Below the pieces are notes generated by a model that saw only the letters and a program-made list of their open reading frames with translations, was not told where the DNA came from and searched no databases. Of a stretch of DNA of 64,000 bases, positions 1-10,800 are shown piece by piece. The stretch is from NCBI GenBank assembly GCA_030704615.1, contig CM060732.1, forward strand, positions 49,538,001-49,602,000, read 5' to 3'. The stretch's first letter is position 1; each line of letters begins with the position of its first letter. This DNA comes from Takakia lepidozioides. Lineage: Eukaryota; Plantae; Bryophyta. The translations under genes were made by a program, and so were the position numbers.

Positions 1-113
1 ATGGTGGCCGGGGGCGAGGTGGAGCATCCCAGAGAGGACGAGGTGGCCAGCCACGAGGCCAAGGGCAAACTCAACGTGGCCAAGGATGCGGAGGTTAGGG
101 TGTTGACCAAGGC

Positions 114-2801
114 ATGGCCAACCGGCTTCAGCAGCTAGAGCAGAGGCTCGCTGCCATGGCTACAGCTCAGGTGGTACCGGCTCTAAGGCCGGATGGTCCA
201 CCTCCTGCTCCTGAGGGAGGAGATATGGGAGGCATGGGATTCATGTGTGGAGCAGCACTACCACTAGTGCAAGTGGAGTCTGCTGCAGCCGTGACTCGAG
301 GAGCAGCACGAGTTCCTGAGCCACGAGGTGCAGAGGTGGAGTTGGATCCACAGCGTGGGGAGGCAAGCCGTCAGGCTAGGCTTCCTCAGTCATTCACATT
401 GGCGGAGACAGTGTCGACGCCATCCATGGCACCTAGTTCTCGCCCGACGGTTACCGAGGCGGAGGTTACTATGCCATTGGGGAGAGCTACACGGGTAGCA
501 CCACTACCTAGTGTTGCCAAGGCTGCGGCAGCTAGTGTGCTGCTAGGAGCGGCCACATCTGTGTGCCAGGCTCCATTGTTCTCGGCTACCATGATTGCGA
601 CGCTGGGGGTAAAACCAGCTGAGGTGTTCAGGCTGGCAGCTACACTCTGTGAGAGTGGGGAGGTTACTTCATCTTCTGCGGAGATAGTGGGAGGTGTAGT
701 GCCGGAGGGATCCTCGGATTTGAGGGTCAAGACTGCCACGGCGGCGCCATGGCAAGCTGCAGCTGCCAGGTTGATGGAGCTGCCAGCTAGGCCAGCCATT
801 GAGCGCGCCATGGTGACACCTGGAGTTGTCATGTTAGACAACCAGAATGACATTTTCTATTTGAGTGGACTGGCAGGCAAGAGGTACCGGCCACTGCGGG
901 TCTTGTTGGACTCGGGAGCTCAGCCATTGATGCTGGGCAGAGCTGCTATTGCAGGCTTGGGCCTCACGGAGGCGGATATGGAGCCTTGTCCTTTCCAGAT
1001 ACAGACGTCTCTGGGAGGATCGGAGCAGGCTCGGGGCATGACACGGCGTGAGTTGGCTATCAGACTACGACCGGATCACCCTACAGATGGCTCAGTGATG
1101 CGAGCCAAGGCCATTGTGACAGACGCAGTCTCATACGATGTCCTGGTTGGTGGGGCAGTGTTGTACCCCATGGGCTTCACCCTGGATTTTTGGGAGGAGT
1201 CAGCTTCCTATAGGCCTGCATGGCAGTCAGGGGAGGGCCGGCGTGTGCAGCTCCCTGTGACGTTCATAGGAGGAGTTGCGGTTGCCCAGCGAGGCAAGAT
1301 GCCGATACTAGCAGCATTCACAGCGGCAGTGAGTTGGCCTAGAGAGTTGCTTGAGGGCAATGCTCATTCAGAGGATGTACCACCTCCGGGAGAGCAGGAT
1401 GACATGTATGGTATGGCGGAGTTGCCTACCATGGTTGCTCAGACTCCATTGTGGGGCACGAGCAAGGATTTGCAGCGGGATGCTGATCGACGGGTGCAAC
1501 AGGCCTGGGTGGAGGCTTTTGTACCGTCAGGAGAGGAGGAGAGTGCGGGGATTGCACCAGGACCACCTCAGTTGTCTCCATTGGACACCACACCTATTGT
1601 GTGGCAGTATCCGGATGAAGGCATTTGTCTTCTGGACTTGTTTGGCGGGATCAGCACCGGATTGGCTGCTGTGTTACAAGCAGGTGTACGAGTTCGGCGT
1701 TACCTGTATGTGGAGAGGGATGAGACTGCACGACGCGTTTCACTTTGCCATGTTGCTCAGTTGGTGCAGCGGTACCCTGAGTTGTTGTCGATGTCTGCAA
1801 TTCATGGATATCAGCAGGCCTTGCCAATAGACATTTCGTTGCTGGGGGCGCAGGATTTGGAGCGGGTTGGCTCCATTGATCTGGTAGTGGCAGGTTGGCC
1901 CTGCCAAGGGCATTCATCAGCCAAGCATGGCAATGGATTGCGAGACTCGAGGTCGGGTCTGTTTTGGGAGATGGTGCGGGTTTTGCGCCACTTGCAGCTT
2001 CATCAAGCTGTATCTCCAGCATACATCTTGGAGAATGTGCCACTGATGGGCGATTCTCGGGCCAGGGTGATGGCCAGTGTGCATCAAGTCCGGTCGTGGC
2101 TTGGGTCAGCAGTGTTGCTAGATGCAGCTACAGTGGGGTCACGGGCTCATCGTCCACGGCTATGGTGGACTAACTTGATGCCACCCGCACTGCTCAAGCG
2201 TGCATTTGATGGGATGCAGCGGCCAACACATCTCACAGTGGATAACATTCTGGACACAGGGAGGCAGTCTCAGCGTGTGAGACACGATGACCGTTCGCCT
2301 TTGGCAGTGGTCAACAAGGTGGGTCAACCACGAGCAGCATTACCTACACTGCTCAGCTTCCCAGGATCGCATGCTTTCCGGGATAGTGGACCTGGCCTCC
2401 TGTGGGATGCTCAGTTGCAGCAGTTAGTGGAGCCTAATGCTGACGAGCGTGAGCGGGCAATGGGTTTTACCACTAGTACCATGGCGGTGTCGTCTCTTTC
2501 TGAGGCATCACGTCGTCAAGTGTTGGGGCAAGCAATGGATCTCAATTGCTTGACCTGGATTATCAGCTTGGCTCTGGCTGAGCAACGCAGAGTGCGGAGT
2601 ACACTTCCCTCAATGGTCTCTCTGCCTACCGAGACGGTACAGGCAGTGAGTGGGGGCGAGCATATGAGGACCATGGGGTGCACGCGTCCTCTACCTCTAA
2701 GCCCACTGGACTTAAGGTTGCAGTTACGGAGGACAATTGGGAGCCTGACATTGGACCCATTGTCACCGGAGGAGAGAGACGACGTATACAGCGGTTCCTG
2801 A
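114..2801 (+). CDS. Retrotransposon ORF: Gag-C/spacer + aspartic protease + DNMT3-like DNA (cytosine-5) methyltransferase
   Basis: VLLDSGAQ protease motif. MTase motifs in linear order: I LDLFGGISTG (1632), II YVERD, IV DLVVAGWPCQG (PCQ 1899-1907), VI ENV (2031-2039), VIII HRPRLWWTN (2148), IX ERERAMGF (2445), X RRQVLGQAM (2511). The same frame upstream reads an RGG-rich stretch ending at TAG 96-98. The last ~45 codons are probably out-of-frame readthrough. Confidence 0.93.
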   Translation: MANRLQQLEQRLAAMATAQVVPALRPDGPPPAPEGGDMGGMGFMCGAALPLVQVESAAAVTRGAARVPEPRGAEVELDPQRGEASRQARLPQSFTLAETVSTPSMAPSSRPTVTEAEVTMPLGRATRVAPLPSVAKAAAASVLLGAATSVCQAPLFSATMIATLGVKPAEVFRLAATLCESGEVTSSSAEIVGGVVPEGSSDLRVKTATAAPWQAAAARLMELPARPAIERAMVTPGVVMLDNQNDIFYLSGLAGKRYRPLRVLLDSGAQPLMLGRAAIAGLGLTEADMEPCPFQIQTSLGGSEQARGMTRRELAIRLRPDHPTDGSVMRAKAIVTDAVSYDVLVGGAVLYPMGFTLDFWEESASYRPAWQSGEGRRVQLPVTFIGGVAVAQRGKMPILAAFTAAVSWPRELLEGNAHSEDVPPPGEQDDMYGMAELPTMVAQTPLWGTSKDLQRDADRRVQQAWVEAFVPSGEEESAGIAPGPPQLSPLDTTPIVWQYPDEGICLLDLFGGISTGLAAVLQAGVRVRRYLYVERDETARRVSLCHVAQLVQRYPELLSMSAIHGYQQALPIDISLLGAQDLERVGSIDLVVAGWPCQGHSSAKHGNGLRDSRSGLFWEMVRVLRHLQLHQAVSPAYILENVPLMGDSRARVMASVHQVRSWLGSAVLLDAATVGSRAHRPRLWWTNLMPPALLKRAFDGMQRPTHLTVDNILDTGRQSQRVRHDDRSPLAVVNKVGQPRAALPTLLSFPGSHAFRDSGPGLLWDAQLQQLVEPNADERERAMGFTTSTMAVSSLSEASRRQVLGQAMDLNCLTWIISLALAEQRRVRSTLPSMVSLPTETVQAVSGGEHMRTMGCTRPLPLSPLDLRLQLRRTIGSLTLDPLSPEERDDVYSGS

Positions 2802-4130
2802 GGGCTTACAGGAATTGCTTTGCCTTCAGTTTGAAGGACTTGGGAGCACTGAAGGGTCAAGCGGAGACCCTATAGATACAGTGACATGGAGAGGTCTTTG
2901 ATTCAGATGAGGACTCAAGATCTCTGGGAGGCAGGTTTGGTGGAGCTCTCTGGTGGAGAGTATGCTTCAGCCACAGTGATGCCAGCCAAGAAGGATGTCT
3001 ATGGCAATTGGACGGAGAGACGTATGTGCGGTGATTACCGGCCTGTAAATCGTCAGACCAAGTCCGATAAGTATGCCATGCCAACACTAGAGGAGATCTT
3101 TGATGCCATCGGGCATGCTAAGGCCTTTAGCACTTTGGATTTACGATCCGGATATCACCAGTTGCCAATCAAGGAGGCAGACAAGCAGAAGACGGCATTC
3201 TGGGGATCAATGAGCACGGCAAGGATTGCCTATATCAGTGGCGGTTCTTACCATTTGGGCTTAAGAATGCTCCTGCAGAGTTTCAGAGAGTCATGGATAG
3301 GATTCTAGCAGGGGTGGACTTTGCTCGGCGCTACATAGATGACATCATCATCTTTAGTGTTACGATGGAGGAGCATGAGAGACACCTTCAGGTGGTATTG
3401 GAGCGCTTGAGAGCGCACGGATTGAAGTTGCATCTGGGGAAGTGCAAGTTTTTCCACAACCAGATTGAGTATCTAGGTTACATGATATATCCTGGAGGAT
3501 TGGGGGTACAGCAGACTAAGGTAGAGGGCATTGCACAAATTCCACGCCCCACGGATGTGAGCCGAGTTCGAGCTTTCATGGGGTTGACAAACTATTATAG
3601 ACGGTTTGTCAAGGGATTTAGTACCATTGCAAAGGCTCTAACCAAGCTGACCAAGGTGGACCAAGAGTGGCAGTGGGAAGATGAGCAGGAATGAGCTTTT
3701 CAAGAGCTCAAGGCGAGGTTGACCTCGGCGCCTATCTTGAGACGACCTATCAGGGGGCGTTCCTTTCAGCTGCATACGGATTGGAGCATGCTGGGGCTTG
3801 GAGCGGTGCTCACACAGGTGGATGATGAGGGAAGAGCGTTCGTAGTGGCTTACGTTAGCCGCTCGAACAACGCTGCAGAGGCTAAGTACAGCTCATATGA
3901 GGGAGAGTGCTTAGCTGCAGTGTGGGCCGTGACACACTTCAGGTGCTATCTATACGGCAATCTTTTCACCTTTGTCACGGATCACCAGCCACTCAAGTGG
4001 TTGATGGAGACAAGCTTACGGGGAAGCTTGCACGGTGGGCACTTATACTCCAGGAGTATGACTTTCAGGTTGTGCATCGACCGGGTTTGGTCAATCGGGA
4101 TGCGGATGGATTGAGTCGCAATCTATGCAT
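2678..4130 (+). pseudogene. Gypsy reverse transcriptase + RNase H, disrupted
   Basis: KKDVYGNWTERRMCGDYR, LDLRSGYHQ, KTAF, LPFGLKNAP, YIDD, YYRRFV, LHTDWS, TDHQPL. Frameshifts or deletions near 2670, 2870, 3205 and 4008; TGA at 3692-3694. Confidence 0.93.
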
Positions 4131-4337
4131 GAGCCAGCAGGATGACACTGGAGCTCGGTGGCATGGTGAGACGGACGAGGAGATGGTGCCGGGATGGTAC
4201 ACATCTGCATTTTTGTGTATCTTGGCATCGGGAGGTCAGATTGGACCTACAACAGGGATTACTGTAGACGGAGTGTCTGAGGACCCTGAGGCTAGTGATG
4301 AGCTAGTGGTGCCAGAGATATACATGAGGATTCGGCT

Positions 4338-5762
4338 GTGTTGGACTACCTCCACACGGGAGACACGGCAGCCATTGTGACTGCCAGGGAGAGGGATCGG
4401 ATCCTGCAACGAGCCAAGAAGTTCAAGTGGGAGGGGATACACCTACTTCGAGTGTGGGAGGATGGTCGGGTGAGGATTGTGCCTCACCCCACACAGCGTG
4501 CACGGTTAGTGCGGCATGCCCATGAGGAGTTGGGGCATTTTGGAGTGCGACGCACTCACAGTTTACTGCAGGGGCAGTATTGGTGGCGTGGTATGCATAC
4601 AGAGGTGCAACAGTTCGTGGCTAGGTGCATGGTGTGTGACAGGGTGCGTGCTTCATTCAACGCCCCTACACCACAGTTGCATCCTTTACCAATCATGGGA
4701 TTGGGCTACAGGTGGAGTCTTGACTTCGCAGGACCGTTGCCACTGACTATGCGCCACCACAGATATGTGTTGGTGATGGTGGAGCACTTCTCCAAGTGGA
4801 TTGAGTTGGTTCCATTGCCTGACAAGGCTAGTGAGGGGGCTGCGTATGCATTCTTGGATCGTGTGCTTAGCCGATTTGGTGCTCCAGCTGAGGTACTCAC
4901 GGACCAAGGGAGAGAATTTTTGGGGGAGTTTCAGGCTTTGTGTGATAAAGCCTTGATAGACCACCGCACCACTTCTCGGGATCATCCTGAGGCCGATGGC
5001 TTAGCAGAGAGAGTTGTTCAGACGGTGAAGAGGGGTTTGCGCAAGTATGGCTTGCAGAAGGGACACCTATGAGATTGGGATCTTCAGGTTCCTTGGTTAG
5101 CCATGGGCTACAGGTTCAGCAAACAAGCATCACTTGCCTCCCTCTCACCATATTTCCTTATCTTTGGCCGAGAGCCGGATTTGCCTGCAGCCATTCGTAG
5201 GGACACTGCTCAAGTCCTTAACCTTGACGATCCGGACGTGTGGGTACGTGCATGTGATCAGCGTGCAGAGTTGTTCAAGAAAGTCATGCCCTTGGCTTTT
5301 GAGAACCTTGCCATTGCACAACACCGTGATACGTTGAGGTGTGCCACTATACGTGGTGGAGGATATCGTCCTGGGGTTCGGAGGTTTAGCCTTGGTGACT
5401 ATGTTTATTTGCAGCAGACTGCTCGTACGACTCTGGATGTTACTGCAAGGCGTGTTATTCTAAGGGTTCGAGAGGTGTTGCCCTCATGGGTCCTGATCTT
5501 GGAGGGTCGGGATGGCATGACTTGGAAGGACCATGTGCGTAATTGTGCGCCATGTCACCTTCCGAATGTCGATGGCAGAGTTGACCCAAACTTGGCAGTG
5601 GTACCTGCAGGTTTGAGGTGCATGCTCTGTGGGTCTGCCAAAGGGGCAGCCACCATGCTGGTGTGTGATCGATGCTCAAGGGGTTGGCATATGGGATGCT
5701 TGACACCACCTCTTGAGAAGGTTCCTGACGGAGATTGGTTGTGTCCACACTGCTTGGGATAG
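4338..5762 (+). pseudogene. Gypsy integrase with C-terminal PHD finger, disrupted by TGA 5070-5072
   Basis: HEELGH...CMVC zinc motif; SLDFAGP, LTDQG and GLAERVV catalytic motifs; SPYFLIFG; C4-H-C3 PHD CMLC...CDRC...WHMGC...WLCPHC at 5619-5753. Confidence 0.93.
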
Positions 5763-6004
5763 TGGCAGTGGACATGACTGGAGGCTGCTAACAAGACAAG
5801 GGAGTCATAGGAGTCAATACATGAGATCCCAAGCTCAAGTTCACAGGTTGCAAGACGGCGACTAACGATGGGGCAACTCTTGCACCCGACCTCTTGATCT
5901 ATCGAGTTTGAGTGTAGTAGGGATAGTGGTGGAGGACTTAGTGAGGCTATGGTCACTATCACATCTTGTGGCTACCTGGACTTAGAGGGACCTACGCACC
6001 AGCT

Positions 6005-6247
6005 AGGGGGGCGATTGTGTGGACTAGTGACTGCCATAGTGGATAGCATAGTGGCAGCCTAGTGACTGACTAGTTGTAGCCTAGTGGTTGGACTAATGGC
6101 TGGACTAGTGGTGGACTAGTGGTATACTAATGTGTGGTGTGCACATGTGTTGTGTGGTTTTGGACAGCGATGTAGTTGTGTAGCGATATGTATGCGCACG
6201 ACATTGATCATTGAGTAGTATGTAGTCATCTCTCTCATTTCGTGTCA
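6005..6247 (+). repeat. Polypurine tract and probable 3' LTR (right boundary uncertain)
   Basis: AGGGGGG at 6005-6011, followed by TGTGTGG at 6016 and TAGTGG(A)C-rich repeats. Candidate CA ends near 6204 or 6247. No 5' LTR in the window to confirm. Confidence 0.5.
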
Positions 6248-6554
6248 AAGGTTGATAAACGATCACCACCCATGCCACAAGATCAACAATCAATGAGAGG
6301 TTTTTTTTCTGGCAAGAAACAAAATAAATAGCGAAAACTTTGGAAAGGTGTATCAAAACTCCCAAATGTGTTTTTTGTTCAACCATGATGTTTTTAATTC
6401 ATTAAAAAAAATTAGGACCGCCAGAAAAAAATGATTATGAAGAACAAAGTTTTATTTTATTTAGAATTTTATGTAGAGTTATCTCCCGCACCACTTGACA
6501 CCATAGAAATCAATTATGAAGGCAAAAAAGTGGACAGAGACTGCACGTACATAC

Positions 6555-6800
6555 CAGTGTTGGGTGGGTATATGAATTACCCTGATATACCCACAGGGTA
6601 TATCAGGGTATATTGATATATGTATACCCTGGTGTGGCAAGTTTAGGTACCCGGATGTATACCCTTATATCAGGGTGTATTTTTATGATATACCCTTATT
6701 CTTATATTTACCTTGCATCAAGACACTCAATATACTACTTTCCTCAAGGGGATATGTTAAAATGAAGGGTATATCTAATTAGGGTATATAAGGGCCTTTA
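6555..6800. mobile_element. One-ended fragment of a hAT-like non-autonomous TIR element
   Basis: Starts CAGTGTTGGGTGGGTATA, like the TIR of the 25156-26055 element. TACCC/GGGTA subterminal repeats. 6610-6722 is similar to 48790-48928. Confidence 0.65.
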
Positions 6801-6961
6801 TGTGCCTTCATAGCCTTCATGTGCTAGGTCTTTTCTCTTTTTGATGTGTTGTTAGGGCGCCTTGAGCTATATGAAAACTCCAATCACAACTAAAACAAAT
6901 GCTACATATATATCATTCCTTAAATGTCAAATAACCCAAACAATACCACTTCAGATCTCGC

Positions 6962-6984
6962 ATATATATATATATATATATATA
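6962..6984. repeat. (AT)n microsatellite
   Basis: About 11 AT units, directly visible. Confidence 0.9.
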
Positions 6985-7022
6985 AGGAAACCTGCCCACA
7001 ATTTAGGTCCTTGAGGGGGGGA

Positions 7023-7238
7023 TTTTTTTTTTCTTCGCCGGGAAACCTGGGAGCGACAGCCCACAATTCAGGCTCTTGAGGAGCGGGAAAGATTAACCCC
7101 CTTTCATTTATGGACCATGAGACCTATAGGACAATCAACGGCCAGACTTACCGTCAGGAACAATCCCACACAGAGGGCAAGGTAGCGGGTTCCACCACAG
7201 CGCCACACACTGTGCACTTACCAGCTGAGCTACCAGCC
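7023..7238 (-). mobile_element. Probable tRNA-derived SINE
   Basis: Minus strand begins GGCTGGTAGCTCAGCTGGTAAG (A-box 7232-7221), has a degenerate B-box GGTGGAACCC (7196-7187) 24 nt later, and ends in an A-run (T-run 7023-7032 on +). No clear TSD. Confidence 0.55.
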
Positions 7239-7865
7239 GATGTGCTTTTTCTTAATCTCAAACCTCCTCCATCTTGCATTGGAAATTAACACCAAATATA
7301 TTATGCAATATCTTATCAATTTTCTCTTTTACCCTAGATTGTTTCTTTATGTATGTATGTATGTACAGAAGTCAGTATGTATGTACAGAAAATAGAACCA
7401 ACTTAATCAAGAAACCATAGGTCTACCCCCTGGTAGCTGAGTGCCCACTCAGGTGAGTCTGGTTCTATGGGATGTGGTGTAAACTTCTTCCCCTTCCCTT
7501 GGGCAGTGTCCCATTGTGCCGGGGCTTCACAGTAAATCGTCAGACACTGATGAACCTGAGGTTATTATGAAAGAGGTTATTTTTTCCTCTCACTATAATT
7601 AACGGGCCTGATTTGTGATTGAACGGTCGCTTGAGTGTTTCCTTTTGAAAGAAAACAAACAATACAAAAGAACAAACAACCTCAAATTCTGTTGGTAAAG
7701 TTTTTTTTGGGTGGGGTAAAGTTTTTGACAGAAAAAAGAAAATTAACCCTGCAGAAATGAGGACTCAATCGTATGAGTAAATTGGTCAGCCTTAATACTT
7801 AATACTTAATACTTAGTACTTTATACCTATCCGTGTCTGTAGAGACCAGCAAGAGAGTGTGGGCG

Positions 7866-10800
7866 ATGGCGGATGGCTCTCTCGCTGCACACCGTCTTGC
7901 TGGCGCCATCGCTCAGCCCCGCCCGCAAGCTCGCGCAGCTGTGGGGCCACTGTCAGGTGTGGCCAGTGATCACCAGCTCTTCGCACCCATCGCATCATCT
8001 GCACAAGTCTCCGCACTCTCCATCCTCTCCAACCTCCGTATCCACCCGATCTCTCGGTGCCTCGCGCTCCGGTAGGCGTGCCCTCCCGCTTCGAGCCCTT
8101 TTGGCGCTCTCCGTAGCTGCCGCGCTCGTTTTCCTGAGGAGGTGCGTGTTTGGATGGTTTGGATTTGTGGGTGAGTGAAAATTGGAGTGCAGACACAACC
8201 ATGCCGACACTTTTGTTTCCCTATGTGCCCAATTTGGTAGAATCTGGAATTGGGCAACGTGAAGCTGTACTGAGGTGTGTTTCATGAATTTGAGGAATCT
8301 ATGCTTACTTATGAAGCTTCCACTTTGGAATCCATACATATCATGTAAATGCGAATGTTTCAATGTTCTTCTGAAAAGATTAGAGAGTTCTAAACTGGAT
8401 GCCTCAGAGGTAACACATTCTCAGCTAATGGTTGTTGTAAATGTCAGGAGGCGAAACTTGCAACAATTGAAAGCTCAAGGATCTATGGCATTCCAAGAAG
8501 ATGAGTCAATGATTCCCAAGCTGAAGAAAATTGACACACATTTGCATGTCTGGGCATCCCCTGAAGAGGTGACACAGATAGGCTGCATTTATCTTGGCCA
8601 GGATTGCTTTGTCAATTGTCTATAATATATAAGCATGTCATACCTAAACGAGTTTGAATTGAGGGTATTATTCTACCATCAGTTCTTCACGCACCGAGAA
8701 GGGGTGCTCATTTCCTGGTGAACAAAGTTATCTATCTACAAGTGCACATAATGCTAATCTTCAATCTCACTGAAAAGCTGATAAGACTTGCTAATATATC
8801 TGCGGTTTGCGCCAATCACTGATGGTCAAGAATATAGCTTCTGAATAGAAAACAATACCGATGTACCAAGCCCACAGCCACTTAGAGCTGCCAATCGCGG
8901 TACATGAGGCTTGACTTAGCTCATGTGGAAAAATTGGAAAGCCCATCCCCTCAAGCACACAGTACTCCCCACTTTGGTACCTCTAGAGATGATTATGTGG
9001 TCTCTTTGCATAGAGCCCAAGCGACACGTTGGAAGGTCTTTGTTACCCAACTAGGCATCTTACCTTCATTGAGTCATGCCTTCGTGATTGTAACTGGTGG
9101 CTTGTTGTTCTTAGGCAAAGAAGTACCCGTACTTTCCTGGCCAGGAGCCGACCACACCAGGACGTGCTGAAGATCTGTTGAAAGTAATACTACTCAACCT
9201 CTCGTCATTCCAATGCTTGCATTAATTGTGCTCATTTTGCCTTTCTGACTTTCAGGTTCTTGGTTCTTGATTGCTCCAGTATGTCAATGACTCATTTCTT
9301 ACAGTCTTTTTATTTTAATCCCTGAATGTTTCACTAAACCATCTCAGAATTCTATTCCAAAAAAACTAGACTTGACCACAATAGAAGCTCCCCCACCTCC
9401 TACCTGAGACATCCTCTCTGGGTTTATTTTAACTTCATGGATTTTGTGGCTTTGAGAGATTTGATCCACTGATCTCTGTGGGCAAGCCTGCCCTATTGTT
9501 TGGATCACATGAGCTGAGTACATGGCACCTGTGCTTCTTTATTCAAAGGATCTCAATAAAATTGTTCCTTGATAAAAGTGTAGCAGCTCATGGCACTATT
9601 TTAGCTTGTTGGGGGCAGTTTAGAGAGGCTGAATGCCAGACTATCTCCTGAGCCTAAAGGATCTCAATAACATTAGCCAGCCTGCACCTGCCACCCAGCA
9701 AATTGTCTGCACTGAGCTTTAAGGAAGTTCTTACTCATTCATATCTTCACATCTGAGAGGTCGCTGAGGTAATTGTCCATGTCGATGACAGAACAGATGT
9801 ATATTTGGGCCTGCCATACTCAGTTTTGGGCTTGCCGTACTCCTGGTTGCGTGGTGATGTCAACTCCAGTCATGGATTAAAAAAAGTGCTGATATTGTTT
9901 GACAGTGCATGGCAGAGGCAGGTGTTGATGGTGCTCTGATAGTGCAACCTATCAATCACAAGTTTGATCATTCGTATGTCTCAAGGTCTGTGGGACAGGC
10001 TATGTGACAAACCCTGAGAGAATAATTATTGCTCTAATTGAGTCATGTATAATTATGGTCAGCACTTAGAAGTCATCCCTTGCCACTCACTGGAGTCTCT
10101 TTCTGCCTTCCTGCTTATAGCTGTCCCTTGCATCTAGTAGATCCATTTCCACGTAGAGACTTTTCAGCACAGTCTTTCAACTTTGATGGCTCAAGTGCCT
10201 GGCAGCCTTCGTGCAAGAGGCACATTTGGTCATTGGGTGTCATTAAATGTTTCTTGAATGGTTTTCTGCTGCATCCACACAGGGCAGAGCCTCTGTGATC
10301 ACAAGCCAGTACAGTCTTAAGATCAGAGTTCTTGTGCTTCTCTGCTCTGTAAAAAAGGGTTGACTCCTGCCCAAGCAACGGGAATTATGGCTTCACTTCA
10401 CCCCCAAAGGACAGTAGCCCTTCCATTTGGAAGGTGGACACCTTTCTGCTCTGCATGTCTAGTTGACTTTATTTCCTTTCTGCAGTGTGTTGGAAAGATA
10501 TCCCAGCAAGTTTGTTGGTTGCTGCCTGGCTGACCCAACTGAAGGAGGAGGAGGTGTGAAAGAACTGGTGCGCCTTGTTGTTGAGGTATTCTTCTGAGGA
10601 AATTTGCTCTTCTGCAGTTCTTTGGTGGTGACTAAATCTGCTCAGTAATGACTTTCTCTGCAGATTCTTACGAATTGATCCCTGCATGGCCTCATGTCTC
10701 AGAATTCTCTATCTGCCATCAATCGAGAAAGGGATGTTGCCACTATAACATAGGCAAGAGTGAAATTTGAGAGATGATTCGTCCATTATGGACTGATTGC

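Larger units (their letters stand above)
1..6247 (+). mobile_element. Ty3/Gypsy LTR retrotransposon (5' end outside window), domain order gag-PR-DNMT-RT-RH-IN-PHD, non-chromoviral, pol decayed
   Basis: Protease DSG at 909-917, RT YIDD at 3332-3343, RNase H TDWS/EGECLA/TDHQPL, integrase HHCC plus D,D35E, PPT at 6005-6011. RT-RH-IN order defines Gypsy. No chromodomain seen. Confidence 0.95.

Noticed and set aside
1620-2560. Host DRM/CMT/MET1 gene or bacterial restriction-modification methyltransferase
   Set aside because: It is intronless and in frame with a retroviral-type protease. Motif order is not permuted, there is no UBA, BAH or chromo domain and no restriction enzyme, and the flanks are plant genes.
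7180-7240. Functional tRNA gene
   Set aside because: The B-box lacks TTC, no full cloverleaf is seen, and it is followed by a body and A-tail like a SINE.
7873-8178. Alternative first exon MALSLHTV.. for the amidohydrolase
   Set aside because: Its phase at donor 8071/8072 does not match exon 2; the ATG 7866 frame does.
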